From Octopus sinensis (taxonomy: Eukaryota): a stretch of DNA of 64,000 bases. Each line of letters starts with the position of its first letter. Position 1 is the stretch's first letter. The notes beneath the pieces were generated by a model. It did not search any database. It was not told the DNA's origin and worked only from the letters and a program-made list of their open reading frames with translations. Both the position numbers and the translations under genes were made by a program. Shown here piece after piece: positions 1 to 13,367 of the stretch. The stretch spans positions 16,492,001-16,556,000 of the forward strand of contig NC_043014.1 in assembly GCF_006345805.1 (NCBI RefSeq), in the 5' to 3' direction.

Positions 1-1021
1 TATATATATATATATGGAGAGAGAGAGAAAAAGTCATCAGAATTTCGTGAAAAAAATGTTTCTATTTCTTCATTATTATGACTGGTTTCAAAGTCACTGT
101 TCTTCATCAGTCTGGAATATATATGTATGTATACACATACATATATATGTGTGTGCATGTATGTATGTGTGTATAAACACACAGGCTTTTGTGTTGGAAC
201 AAGAATTAAGTTCTCAAAGACTGTTGGATTAAAATTCATGCAAAATGCATCACATACATTTGTGTATATATATGTATATACATATACTTATGTGTGTGTG
301 TGTATGTACTTGTTTGTGTGTGTATGTACTTGTTTGTTTGTGTATAAATATATATATGTCTATGCACATATGTATATATATATATATATAGGAGTATACA
401 TAAATATGTAATAATTCGTGTGTGTGTGTATATATATATGTTGTATGCATATAGTTGTTTAGATTCTGTGTAGGTTATGTTATAATGTTGATTACGGAAA
501 ATTGGGCGTTATATATTTGCTATTGGAGAAAGCAACATCTAATTTGAAAATAATGAAAGAATTGTCGATACATACACATGTACATATTACATTCATATTA
601 ATGCTTACATGTGTATAAATGTATGTATATATCATAATTTAATGTCCTTTCCATGTTGGCATTGGTTGGACTGTTTGGCAAGAACAGAGAAGCTGGAGGG
701 CTGTTTTGGCATGGTGTCTACAGCTGGGTGCCCTTCCAAACATCCTTCCATCCTGAATAGAATGTACTGGGCACTTTCTGCTTGGCCACAGCACTGGTGT
801 ATTCAGTTCCTTACCCAGAAGATAAGGCCCTTCAACAATGCAATGTTAAGGACTGGCAGAAGACACAATGAAAGATGGGGATGAGGAGCTGCTGTTCTAG
901 AATTTTTAGCTTCAAGGAATATGTTCTGCTAGTGGTTACCATCTTTCCTTTTAATTCACTTTCAGACACCAGCTAACCACCACGGGCCTTTTGTGGCACT
1001 TGATCATTCTTAATGATAAGC

Positions 1022-1660
1022 GCAGGGGTGGCTCTGTGCTATGAAGCATTCTCACCCACATGGTTCCAGGTTCAGTCCCACTGCATGGCATCTTGGGCAA
1101 ATGTCTCCTACTATAAGCCTCAGACTGACAGGTGGCAAGCTGGCAGAAACGTTAGCGCACCAGGCGAAATGCTTCATCTGTCTTTACGTTCTGAGTTCAA
1201 ATTCCGCCAAGGTCGACTTTGCCTTTCATCCTTTCGGGGTCGATTAAATAAGTACCAGTTTCACACTGGGGTTAATATAATTGACTTAATCGCTTTGTCT
1301 GTCCTTGTTTGTCCCCTCTGTGTTTAGCCCCTTGTGAGCAGTAAAGAAATATATAAGCCTCAGGCTGACCAAAGCCTTGTGAATGGATTTGGTAGACAGA
1401 AACTGAAAGAATCCCATCATATATATGTGTATTTATTTATTTATGTGTGTCTTTTTGTCTGTGTTTGTCCCTCACCATCACTTTGACAACCAGTGTTGGT
1501 GTGTTTACATCCCTATAACTTATCGGTTTGGCAAAAGAGATTGATGGAATAAGTGCCAAGTTTGCAGAGTACAAGTCCTGGGGTTGATTTAATTCAAATA
1601 AAGATTCTTTGAGGTGGTGCTCCAGCATGGCTGCAGTCAAATGACTGAAACAAGTAAAAG
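1022..1660 (+). mobile_element. SINE family A copy interrupted by a family B SINE (1130-1351) with an ~18-bp TSD
   Basis: tataagcctcag(a/g)ctgac duplicated at 1112-1129 and 1352-1369 around the inner element. Confidence 0.8.
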
Positions 1661-2053
1661 AATACATCATTGTCATCATCCAACATTCCTTTTCCCTTGC
1701 CGGCATGGGTTGGACGGTTTGACAAGATCATGTGACTCAGAGGGCTCTGCCAGGTTCTATGTCTACCTTGGCAAGGTCTCTGCAACTTGTTACCATTCCT
1801 ATCACTGGACACTCTTCTACATGGTGCACCTGCCCCAGTGAGGTCACCATGTACTGGCAAAATAAGACCAACCACTCTTGTTTTCATCATTGTTGAACGT
1901 CCCATGTTCCATGCTGGCATGGATGGGGCTAGGATTTCGCAGAATCAAATGGGTCCCAAGACAGCATTGTCCTCAAGGGTCTGCTTTTGGGATGCCCTTT
2001 ATGGTTGGGGTGCCCTTCCTAGTGCCAAACTGTTGGCAGTGTGGCCTGGATGC

Positions 2054-2098
<45 letters not shown>

Positions 2099-2100
<2 letters not shown>

Positions 2101-2190
2101 GGATGTTACGGAGAGGGTCATAGCCCAACTGATTAGGGAGAGAGTCAACTTGGACGAGATGCAGTTTGGTTTCTTGCCAGGGAAAAGCCA
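2099..2190 (+). mobile_element. RTE-clade LINE RT fragment
   Basis: MDVTERVIAQLIRERVNLDEMQFGFLPGKS, near-identical to the copy at 4900-5462. Confidence 0.8.
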
Positions 2191-3084
2191 GTCCACTTAT
2201 GCATTCCTTTCCTTCTTGGGACACAAAACTCTACTCATGAAGACCTGTTGAGCCAGCGCCGCCCTAACTGGCCTCTCCATGCTGGTTGCACGATTGTGGC
2301 TGTTGCCAGCCTCGTCTGGGCTCCGTGCCGGTGGCATGTAAAAAGCACCATCCAATCGTGGCCGTTTATTCATGGCTACAGGATTAGTGAGGCTATCTTG
2401 ATGTGTATATATATGTGTTTGTTTGTGTGTCATCATCATCGTCATTGTTTAAAATCTGCTTTCCATGCTGGCATGGGTTGGACAGCCGGTCTGAGGACTG
2501 GCAAGCCAGGAGGCTGCACCAGGCTCCAATTTGATTCAGAAAGGTTTCCACAGCTGGATGCTCTTCCTAACGCCAACCACTCCATGAGTGTAGTGGTTGG
2601 TATATGTGTGTGTCTGCGTTGTGTTGGTTTGTTTACACCCCTAAACTTAGCAGCTCAACAAAAGTGACCAATAAAAATAAGCGCAAAGGTCAATGGGTGG
2701 GCAGAGGCTGGGGTGCAATTTGTCCAACCAAACATTCCAAAGTGGTGCCCCAGAATGGTCACAGCACAGTCCAACAACTGAAACAAGCAAAAGATACAAG
2801 AATATTATCAATCTATTGCCAATATAGTATCAATCTAGAACTAATCAATAACTAATCAGTGCCTTGACAATATTATTTCATGGTTTATTTCTGATGATCC
2901 GAAAGATGAAACAACAAGCAATTTCTCTCCATTTTGGCTCTGCTCTTTTATTTGTTCTGTGGTTTGATCTACACCCTCTATTGAATACTTTATGAACTGT
3001 TGTTTATTATATACATCATGCACGCGCACACCCCATGTTTACACAATACTCTGTGTTCACTTGTTTGCTGCAAAATACAGCGCA

Positions 3085-3268
3085 TATATATATGCGCTGT
3101 ATTGTGTATATATATATATATGTATGTATGTATATATGTATATATATATATATATATATGTATGTATATATATATATATATGTATGTATATATATATATA
3201 TGTATGTATATATATATATGTATATATGTATATATATATTTATGTATATATGTGTATATATATATATA

Positions 3269-3309
<41 letters not shown>

Positions 3310-3368
3310 ATATATATGTATATATATATGTATATATATATATATATGTATGTATATATGTGTGTATA

Positions 3369-3417
<49 letters not shown>

Positions 3418-3492
3418 GTGTGTATATATATATATATGTATATGTATATATGTGTGTATATATATATATATGTATGTGTATATATATGTATG

Positions 3493-3525
<33 letters not shown>

Positions 3526-3625
3526 GTATGTATATATATATGTGTATGTATATATATATGTATGTGTATATGTATGTATATATATGTGTGTGTATATATA
3601 TATATACACACACACATATTCATAT
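3085..3625. repeat. Long (TA)n/(TATG)n microsatellite. Similar tracts at 11760-11843, 12865-12982, 14322-14555, 28150-28345, 30024-30616, 30855-31201, 34362-34725, 34925-35193, 36365-36715 and 42836-43228
   Basis: Direct inspection. These tracts generate the spurious YIYI/IYIY ORFs. Confidence 0.97.
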
Positions 3626-4069
3626 GTTTATGTACACACCTGTGTTTATATTCATAAACATAGGTGTATAAATATGGCATGGCTGTGTGCTAAGAAGCTT
3701 GCCTCCCGACCACATGGTCTCATGTTCAGTCCCACTGCATGGCAACTTGGGTTAAGTGTCTTCTACTATAACCTCGGGCAGACGAAAGCCTTCTGAGTGG
3801 ATTTGATAGAAGGAAACTGAAAGAAGCCAGTTGTCTGTTAAACTACCCTTCTCTTTATTAATGTCCTGAATATTCCACACAGCCTTGGCCTTGTCGTCTC
3901 CTTTTATTTCACATATACATTCTCATACAAGACCCGCTTTCGATTCCTCACGCATATTATTATCAAACTGAGAGTTTCATTACTGTCCGTACATAGACAT
4001 ACCTGCCACCTTCAATCTTCTGGATACCAATACCTCTTATGTATGTATATGCATTTATATATACATATA

Positions 4070-4420
4070 TTCCTCGAGGAATGTGAAGACGCAGGCTGGA
4101 AAGCGGAACATTTTCCTATCGAAGTCGGATGTAGAGGGTTTGTTGGACACAGCGTGAGACGACTGTTGTTATCGCTAGGCCTAACTCATCGTAAAGTCAA
4201 TACCACCATGACTAATATCCAATCTACAGTAGAGAAGGCTAGCCACAGGATTTGGTTAAAAAGAGACGATGAGCGATGGCTAGAAGTATATTGAGTTCCT
4301 CATAACCAGCTGATCTAGCAAGCGGAGCCTCATATCAGTGAGGGGGGGGGCGGTGCGCATTGATGCCGTCGAGATGGAGGCCCCGAAACGGCGTGCATTC
4401 TCTCCTGATGACCCCATACA
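4070..4420 (+). mobile_element. 3' end of a HERO-like RLE non-LTR retrotransposon
   Basis: ECEDAGWKAEHFPIEVGCRGFVGHS...VEKASHRIWLKRDDERW matches the C-terminal EVGCRGF / SxWLWxKR pattern recalled for HERO elements, followed by a short 3' UTR. Confidence 0.75.
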
Positions 4421-4899
4421 CTTGCTAGCTTCCGGTATACAGAGCTTTTAACTGGTAGCACTTGCATGTGCAAGTTGTTTGCAAGACATATGTGTGTGTG
4501 TGTATGCTGGTGTCACGCAAAAAGCAGCCACTACACTCTCGCTTGGAGTGGTTGGCATTAGGAAGGGCTTCCAGCTGTAGAAACTTGCCAGATTGGATTG
4601 GAGCCTGGTGCAGCCTTCTGGCTTGCCAGCCCTCAGTCAAACTGTCCGACCCATGCCAGCATGAAAAGCATATGCTAAACAACGATGATGATAATATGTG
4701 TGTGTGTGTGTGTGTCATAATCATCATTTAACGTCCGCTCTCCATGCTAGCATGGGTTAGACGGTTCAACTGGGGTCTGGGAAGCCAGAAGGCTGCACCA
4801 GGCCCAGTCTGATCTGGCAGTGTTTCTACAACTGGATGCCCTTCCTAACGCCAACCACTCCATGAGTGTAGTAGGTGCTTTTTGTCTACCTTCCTATTT

Positions 4900-5462
4900 T
4901 TTTAAATTTTGTTTTTTGCTAGGTTGACTCTAAGGCCCTTCGATTCTAAACCTTGCTTCCACACCTGAAACTTCTCCAGTTCTGATAGTGACTCAGCAAT
5001 TAGAGCAAGGTCATCAGCATAGAGGAGCTCCCAGGGGAATCCTGTCTTGAATTCCTCTGTTATTGCCTGGAGGACTATGAGAAATAGGAGGGGGCTGAGG
5101 ACTGAACCTTGGTGGACCCCAACCTCTACCTAGAATTCTTCACTGTACTTGTTGCCAACCCTCACCTTACTAACAGCGTCCCTGTACATGACTCGTACAG
5201 CTCTCACTAACCATTCATCTATCCCTAGTTTCCTCATTGACCACCAGATAAGGGATTGGGGAACCCTGTCAAAGGCTTTCTCCATGTCAACGAAAGCCAG
5301 GTACAGAGGTTTATATTTGGCTAGGTATTTCTCCTGCAGCTGTCTCACCAGAAATATGACATCAGTGGTGCTTTTCCCTGGCACAAAACCAAACTGCATC
5401 TCGTCCAAGTTGACTCTCTCCCTAATCAGTTGGGCTATGACCCTCTCCGTAACCTCCATGTG
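4900..5462 (-). mobile_element. RTE-clade LINE RT fragment (degenerate)
   Basis: QFGFVPGKSTTD, AFVDMEKAFDRVP, then a stop, GVHQGSVLSPLLF and LLYADDL. Confidence 0.9.
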
Positions 5463-5890
5463 TATATATATGTGTGTGTGTGTGTGTGTGTATGTATATA
5501 TATATATATATATGTGTGTGTGTATATATATATGCATGTATATGTGTGATTATATATGTATGTGTGTGTATATATATATATATATATCATCATCATCATC
5601 GTTTAACGTCCGTTTTCCATGCTAGCATAGGTTATATATATATATATATATATACGCATACATATTTATGCAAGGTGACTGTTTTGAAGAGACAATGTTA
5701 AAACTTAGATAAACAAGTTATCTTTTATTAATTATAACGAGTCTGAGAACTTTTTGATAGCACCTCGTATGTACATAAATGTGTATGTATCTATGCCTCT
5801 GTATATCTTGGAATACACTAAATGCTTGTATTGTGCCTTTATATATTTCTAAATACTTTTTCTTCTTTCTCTTCCAGGTGCCCCACATAC

Positions 5891-6349
5891 ATGCCGCTGC
5901 TCCCAGCCACTTCCTCAGCCACCCACATGGCTCCACACAGACGCCACTTCCTCTCGCCCCTCTGCCTCTGGACGACACTCATCCTGTGCATTGCACTGCT
6001 GATGCAGCCAACCTTTGCACTGGAGGCACAGCACCAACAGCAGCAACCCGCTGATGGCATATTCAACATGGAGAGGGACGTCGGGGCCCCACCACCGGCA
6101 CCCGTGGCAGCCAGCATGCAGCTGAAACTCAACGACATCCAAAGTTACTTGAAGTCCCTCGACAAAAGCAAAAAGGGAGAGGCAAATCACGCAGCCACCA
6201 CTACCGCCGCCACTGCATCTACCACCGCCGTTCATTGTGACCCCGTGTCATTAATGTGGGGTATTGGAGATACGACAGCTTACGTAGGACGCTTGTTTAC
6301 CTATCCCTTACCAAATGATGTGTTCAAAGGAGACATAAAGTCATTCACG
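5891..6349 (+). CDS. DAG1: Dystroglycan-like gene, first coding exon (signal peptide and start of cadherin-like IG1 domain)
   Basis: Acceptor ttcttctttctcttccAG ends at 5877. ATG at 5891 (alternative ATG at 5927). Hydrophobic signal-like segment LCLWTTLILCIALLMQPTFA. GIGDTTAYVGRLFTYPLP matches dystroglycan GIPDGTAVVGRSFRVTIP. Donor ACG|GTATGT at 6349/6350, phase 0. Confidence 0.9.
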
Positions 6350-7819
6350 GTATGTACCCCATCTCTTGCACTTTTCATTTCTCTCGTTTTGCATTGCTTT
6401 TATATTGATTTCTGCTCCATCCCTTCAACCCCCACTGTTGTCCCTTTTTTTTAACCCTTTCGTATTTGGATTATTCTACCAAATGCGATACTTATTTATT
6501 CACATTTTTCTCTCTCTTCTTTACTCTACAATCCCATTTATGCATGATTGTTACCAGCATCGCCTTACTGGCACCTGTGCTGGTGGCATGTGTAAAAAGA
6601 TTCGAGCGAGGTCGTTGCCAGTACCACCTGACTGGCCCCTGTGCCAGTGGCACGTAAAAACACCCACTACACTCTTGGAGTGGTTGGTGTTAGGAAGGGC
6701 ATCCAGCTGTAGAAACTCTGCCAAGTCAAGATTGAAGCCTGGTGCAGCCATTTGGTTCACAAGCCCTCAATCAAATCGTCCAACCCATGCCAGCATATAA
6801 ACCGGATGATCCCCATTGCTTGCGAGTATCCCCTGGCACTTCACCCTCTCCCGCTCTTGCTACCTCCTACTCCCTTTGGTGGTGTAAGCTTATATCTCCT
6901 CCACAGCAACAAACCAGTTTCTGCCCTCATTCTTGATCACTCTCTCTCCAACCATCGCTTGCCCTTACCTCTGCCTAGGTAGCCATGTACCTCCTTTACA
7001 AACAGCACACCTATTTCTGCCCTCCCTCTCTCTTGCCAGCTAACCATGTACCTCTTCTATAGCAAGACCTCTCTGTCACACTTTAAACCCAGCGTTTCTC
7101 AACCATAAGACCATGCGTTCTCATTATATATCTTATTTTTTATTGTTTTATGTGTTCCAGTCATTTGACTGTGGCCAAGCTGGAGCACCACCTAGATAGA
7201 TATGACGGGCTTTCAGTTTCTGTCTACCAAATCCACTTGCCCAAGGTGCCATGCAGTGTGACTGAACCCGGAGCCAAGTAGTTGGGACTGATCTGGGTCA
7301 ATGCACCGACCCAGGTCAGTGACCTTTGTCTGAGGTAAACCTTCAGTGGTGTGGAGAGGGGTAGGGGAAAGTGAGGTTCATTAGTAATGTAGCCAGTCCC
7401 TCTGTGGAAGTTCCCGCCTCCCCCCAAATCCCTACCCCTGCCCCATGGGAAAGTGCGTGCATGTCTGGATAGGCACGGTCACCCTTCAGTGACAGGGGCC
7501 TGCTATGTTGTACGGTAGATAAGTTTGTGTGTCAGCATAGCCTTGGGGAACATGTAGGAATAGAAAACTTCCACATGTCTCTTGTGAGTGTAACATAATA
7601 GCTATAGAGAAGTAATAACAATAATAACAATGGCTGGCGCTGCTCTCTCTCATTCCTTAATAATGATATGAAATGGAAAGAAACAACAATGTCAGTATGA
7701 AAATAAACTAAAAAGATGATGATGATGATGCAATGTTTGTGTTTACATCCACATTTGTGTGTGTATGTGTATTCACATGAAGTTTCATCCTATGGCCTGG
7801 TGTGTATATGTACTTGATT

Positions 7820-7870
<51 letters not shown>

Positions 7871-7873
<3 letters not shown>

Positions 7874-8015
7874 GGAGTAAACACATAAATGTGAAACAAG
7901 GTGGAAAAAAGAGTACTCAAATACCAGTGGTAGAGTAATATGCTTTATTTAAAATCAGCAGAAAATTCAACGTTGCCGTTCGTCGGACAGTTTTTGCTAG
8001 AATAGAACCGATATG
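7871..8015 (-). mobile_element. Penelope-like pLTR fragment with an internally deleted hammerhead (same family as 63727-64000)
   Basis: Shares gaaacaaggtggaaaaaa-gagtactcaaataccagtgg...gcagaaaattcaac and gttgccgttc.tcggacagtttttgctag with the 63.7-kb copy but lacks the GAAAC/stem III segment. Confidence 0.65.
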
Positions 8016-8474
8016 TCAATTCTATCCAGACTAGTATAAACGCTACACCTTTAAAAATGGACTTGTTTGATTGGTCCTTTACAAATAACGGTCAAATTTA
8101 TGAGCGATAAACGAAAATGAGCTCAAAAAAAAAATATATATATATATAAAAATTATAAAATTCGAGGAAAAAACCTTACATCAAATCTTTGGTTAAAATA
8201 CATATTGTCATTAATAAAGGAAATATAATTAATACAGGAAAATTGAAAATAAAATGTTAAAATGCATTAAAATATTACACAACAGTACATATTCATATTA
8301 AACTATACATATATACATCAAAATACACAGATAGATGTGCGCAGACCACATACATATACAGACGTATAAATACAAAGCTAAAATAAACACACAAATGCAT
8401 GTACACATATGTATACGCAATCTAGCTCGCATGCAAAATCATTGTATCCATATGGACTATGATGTACACATTAC

Positions 8475-8506
<32 letters not shown>

Positions 8507-10137
8507 TATATGTATGTGTATGGTTATACAAGTGTATCTGATACTTTCTGTTAACCGTCGTCAGTCTGGGTACCAATGCAATTACTCTCTCACCCAAATG
8601 CTTGTTTGTTATGTCAGATCATATCTAAAAACAGTTTAATATGAAACTGGAGGATTATTTAGTACTTCAGTTGTATGTAATATATATATATAAAGGTGGC
8701 GGGTTGGCAGAAACGTTAGCATGTATTTCGTAGCCGTATTTCGTCTGCTGTTACATTCTGAGTTCCAAATTCTGCCGAGGTCAACTTTGCCTTTCATCCT
8801 TTTGGGATAAAATTAAGTACCAGTTACGCACTGGGGGTCGATGTAATCGACTTAATCCGTTTGTCCGTCCTTGTTTGTCCCCTCTGTGTATAGCCCCTTG
8901 TGGGTAGTAAAGAAATATATATATATATATATATATGCATGTGTGTGTGTATGTAGTTGTGTATAAGTATGTATGTGTATATGTATTTGTATGTATTTAT
9001 GTATGCATATATGTATGTCTATATGTGTGTGTGTATTCATGTATTTTTATATATATTTCTCATGCACACAATAGGGAATTTAAGATTTTTGGAATATTCA
9101 TGAAGATATACGGTCTCTTAGTGAATGCATGTGAGTTCTTGAGCAAGGCCCTTCATTCCACCTTGTTTAAATTTCTCGCAGCCTCTCAGAGAATCAAAAG
9201 GGCGTCATCTGCTCCTTACTCAATAAACACCATTGTCATCAACATTTAAGTTCTACTTTTCCATGCTGGCATGTGTTGGATAGTTTCATAGGAGGAACTT
9301 GCAAGGCCAGGGTCCACAGGAGGTTCCATGTCTGCTTTGGTTTTGGTTTCCACAGTTGGATAACCCCCCCCCCCTCACACTGGGTGCTTTTTATGTGACA
9401 CCAGCACTCACACTAATGCTTGTCTTACATGGCACTTTGGTTTTAGGATCTCCATTCTGTTGTGGTGGGCAGGTTTTCTTGGGTACAGCAATGTGCCACA
9501 AAAGCATGGCGTTGTTCATTGGTGAAGAAGTTTGTTTCCCTACCACAGTGGTCTCAGGTTCAGTTCCACTGTGTGGCACCTTGGCAACTGTTTTCCCCTA
9601 TAGCCCTGGGCTGACCACCAAAGCCTTGTGAATGGTGGTGAGTACAACACCGATAGTAGTGGTAGTAGTGTTGGTGTTTCGAAGGCCTCCATCTGTGTTA
9701 GTGTCACGCCGGTGCTGTGTGAGAATTACATTAGGGTTATACGTGTCCATGGGATACTCAGCCACTCCTGGCACTTAATTCGGCCGATTGAACAACTGAT
9801 TGATAATGATTGTCCGATTCAACTGACGATCAATATCGTACTTGGTTCTTATTTGTAGTGGTGTGTGTGTGTGTGTGCACGTGTATAAAGGTGTGAGGGA
9901 GTGTGTGGTAGTGGGTCTGTGTGTATGTAAATGTGAGTGAGAGGCTTTGATTGTGTGTGTGCGTGTGAGGTTTTATGATAAAGTGTGTACGTGTGCAATG
10001 AAGATAAAAAGCCTCACTGCCACATTGTTACTCCTCTCTCACACTCAAGTGTCATACTCCACTCCACACACTCACACTCACCTCTTTATCCTAACAGCTG
10101 ACTGACAAAAATGATCTCTTCTTACCTTGTTTAGCTC

Positions 10138-10575
10138 CAGGTCAGTCCTCATCCAGACAGCCTCATGATCAAAGATGCTCCAGCTGTGACCATCCTGTCT
10201 TCTATTCAGGCATAGTGTATCTAGGACTACATTATCCAATGTATAGTATTGTAGTTAGTATTAGTGGCTACAGTTCTTGTTGTTTAACCCCAAGTCAGTC
10301 CTGATCCAGACAGACCTATGATCAAAGATGTTCCAGCTGTGACCATCTCATCTTTTATTCAGACATAGTATATCTAGGACTACATTATCTAATGTATAGT
10401 ATAGTAGTTAGTACTAGTGGCTATAGTTGTTTTTGTTTAACTCCTGATCAGACCTGATCCCGACAGACCCATAATCAAAGATGCTCCATCTGTGGCCATC
10501 TCATCTTTTATTCAGACATAGTGTATCTAGGACTACATTATGTAATGTATAGTAAAGTAGTTAGTATTAGTGGTT
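10138..10575. repeat. Degenerate tandem repeat, about 3 units of 150-160 bp; related fragments at 16700-17040
   Basis: gtcagtcctgatccagacagacc.atgatcaaagatg.tccagctgtgaccatc...ctaggactacattat repeated at about 10138, 10293 and 10445. Confidence 0.8.
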
Positions 10576-11761
10576 GTTGTACAGCCTTCAGTTTTACACG
10601 ACATCATTGTAAGATTCAACAATGGTTTAACTGTTATTTCTAGCAAATCTGATAACCCTAACCCTAGTTACTTTCATTGTTTGGTTGACTGATTACTACA
10701 ATTTCTATTCCAGGCAAATTAATTATATAATGTCATACATAATTAATGAGTCCATTAGTTAATCAATTAATCCTAATATTTAATGAAGTTGTACCAAATT
10801 TATCTGTCTGACCAGTGCATGAAACATTGACGATGGGGGGGGGGGTTAGTCACTTGTGTGCTATATAGAAGGAGAGGCTTCCTTGCCACAACATCACTGA
10901 ACGTCTCGCAGCTTGGAGCAAGGAGGGTACATATATGTGGTCACCCACCTTGCTAAAAATAACAGTTTGCTGTTACCTTCACTGCTGTATGTCACATCAC
11001 TGGTGCCATAGGCTGACTGGATCACAGCAGGCCTGGATGAAAGCCTCAACTTCCTGTTATTAATTTGTTTCGGATTGCAGTGGTACCTTGTGTTGTTTCT
11101 TCCCTCCTGTGAAAGTACGTGGCTTATTGCTAGGGTATAGGGTTCACGATTGTAAGGTCAGGAGTTCAAATCCTGGCTTCTCAACCACTATGTGGATTCG
11201 GGTTCAATCTTACTGCACACCACCTTGGACAAGTGTTTTCTTTTCAAGCCCTGGGCTGACCGTAAGCCTTGTAAGTGGGTTTGGGCATGGGACTCTGGCC
11301 ATGCTGGGGCATCATTTTCACCCTGGTGCTTGTTCTATTAGTGTTTTTGCTGAACTTCTAAGTTATGAGGATGTAAACTCACCAAGGCTGGTTGTCAAAC
11401 AGTGGTGTGGGATAAACACACAAACATACACGCACACACACACACGCATATTATATATATATATACATATATACGACAGGCTTCTTTCAGTTTCCGTCTA
11501 CCAAATCCACTCACAAGGCATTGGTCAGCCCGACGCTATAGCAGAAGACACTTGCCCAAGATGCCACGCAGTGGGACTGAACCCGGAACCATGTGGTTGG
11601 TAAGCAAGCTACTTACCATACAGCCACTCCTGCGCCTATATATATATACATACAGATTTCCACATACGTGTGTCTATACATCCCTTACATATACACACAT
11701 ACATACACTGCATGTTGCATCAATACATACTACATATGCATATATATGTGCATATACAAAC

Positions 11762-11815
<54 letters not shown>

Positions 11816-11843
11816 ACACATATATATATATATATATATATAT

Positions 11844-12736
11844 AATAATTCTCTAAATGAGATATAGACAGTAACTGCTCCATAACATAAGGGACTAAAG
11901 CCATCTGAATATGGCTAGGGACAGGGCAGAGTGGTGGGGGTGTTACTGTTGCATTTAGTCCCAGGCGAACATCAACGTCGCCAGATAGGCTTGACACCAT
12001 CACGGCGTCTTTTATCCTGCAAAGGGAGATAATTCCCCGATGAAGCGGAAACCACACACGGACCTAGGTTTCAAGGTGTATTGCCTATCATCAACGTGTG
12101 GTAGGCCCCCGCTTCCTCGACGAACAACTCACTCTGCAGGATATTTATATATAGGTTTTCAAGCAAAATACATTTGCTGATTTCGAAAATCTGTTCGACA
12201 GCAATAATAATTCTCTAAATGAGATATAGACAGTAACTGCTCCATAACATAAGGGACTAAAGCCATCTGAATATGGCTAGGGACAGGGCAGGGTGGTGGG
12301 GGTGTTACTGTTGCATTTAGCCCCAGGCGAACATCAACGTCGCCAGATAGGCTTGACACCATCACGGCGTCCTTTATCCTGCAAAGGGAGATAATTCCTC
12401 ATTTAGAGAATTATTATTGCTGTCGAACAGATTTTCGAAATCAGCAAATGTGTTTTGCTTGAAAATCTATATATAAATATCCTGCAGAGTGAGTTGTTCG
12501 TCGAGGAAGCGGGGGCCTACCACACGTTGATGATAGGCAATACACCTTGAAACCTAGGTCCGTGTGTGGTTTCCGCTTCATCGGGGAATTATCTCCCTTT
12601 GCAGGATAAAGGACGCCATGATGGTGTCAAGCCTATCTGGCGACGTTGATGTTCGCCTGGGGCTAAATGCAACAGTAACACCTTTACCACCCTGCCCTGT
12701 CCCTAGCCATATTCAGATGGCTTTAGTCCCTTATGT

Positions 12737-12739
<3 letters not shown>
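11844..12739. repeat. 362-bp unit in 1.5 direct tandem copies followed by an inverted copy
   Basis: aataattctctaaatgag at 11844 and 12206. Second copy breaks at 12398. 12399-12739 is the reverse complement of about 11882-12221. (TA)n on both sides. Confidence 0.9.
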
Positions 12740-12785
<46 letters not shown>

Positions 12786-12869
12786 GAATAAAAAATGGAG
12801 TTAACGCAGGTTTAAACAAGTATTTTTACTTTCTACATATGTTAACAAGGTAAAATACACTCATCTATT

Positions 12870-12985
<116 letters not shown>

Positions 12986-13367
12986 CGCAGGCGTGGCTGT
13001 GTGGTAAGAAGCTTGCTTCCCAACCACATGGTTCCGGGTTCAGTCCCACTGTGTGGCATCTTGGGCAAGTGTGTTCTGCTATAGCCTCGGTGTGACCAAA
13101 GCCTTGTTAGTGGATTTGGTAGACGGGAACTGAAAGAAGCCCGTCATATATATGTATATATATATGTGTGTTTGTGTGCCTGTGTTTGTCCCCCTAGCAT
13201 TGCTTGACAACCAATGCTAGCGTGTTTACGTCCCCATCACTTAGCGCTTCGGCAAAAGACACCGATAGAATAAGTACTGGGCTTACAAAGAATAAGTACC
13301 AGGGTCGATTTGCTCGATTAAAGGCGGTGCTCCAGCATGGCTGCAGTCAAATGACTGAAACAAGTAA

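Noticed and set aside
2885-2925. CTGATGA-tccgaaagat-GAAAC hammerhead-like core
   Set aside because: It is a mutated piece of the family B SINE (gaccccgaaaggatgaaag), with no stem I or III.
2990-3796. Long ORFs of YIYI/IYIY/CVCV type here and at many other tracts
   Set aside because: Translations of (TA)n/(TG)n microsatellites that lack stops by composition; not genes.
4380-4420. GAAAC...CTGATGA in the HERO 3' UTR as a type II hammerhead
   Set aside because: The would-be stem II strands are both CCCC and cannot pair; stems I and III are unconvincing.
12030-12080. CCGATGA-agcg-GAAAC as a functional hammerhead
   Set aside because: No NUH triplet with a pairing stem III, and no stem I partner was found. 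Kept only as a note in the repeat finding.
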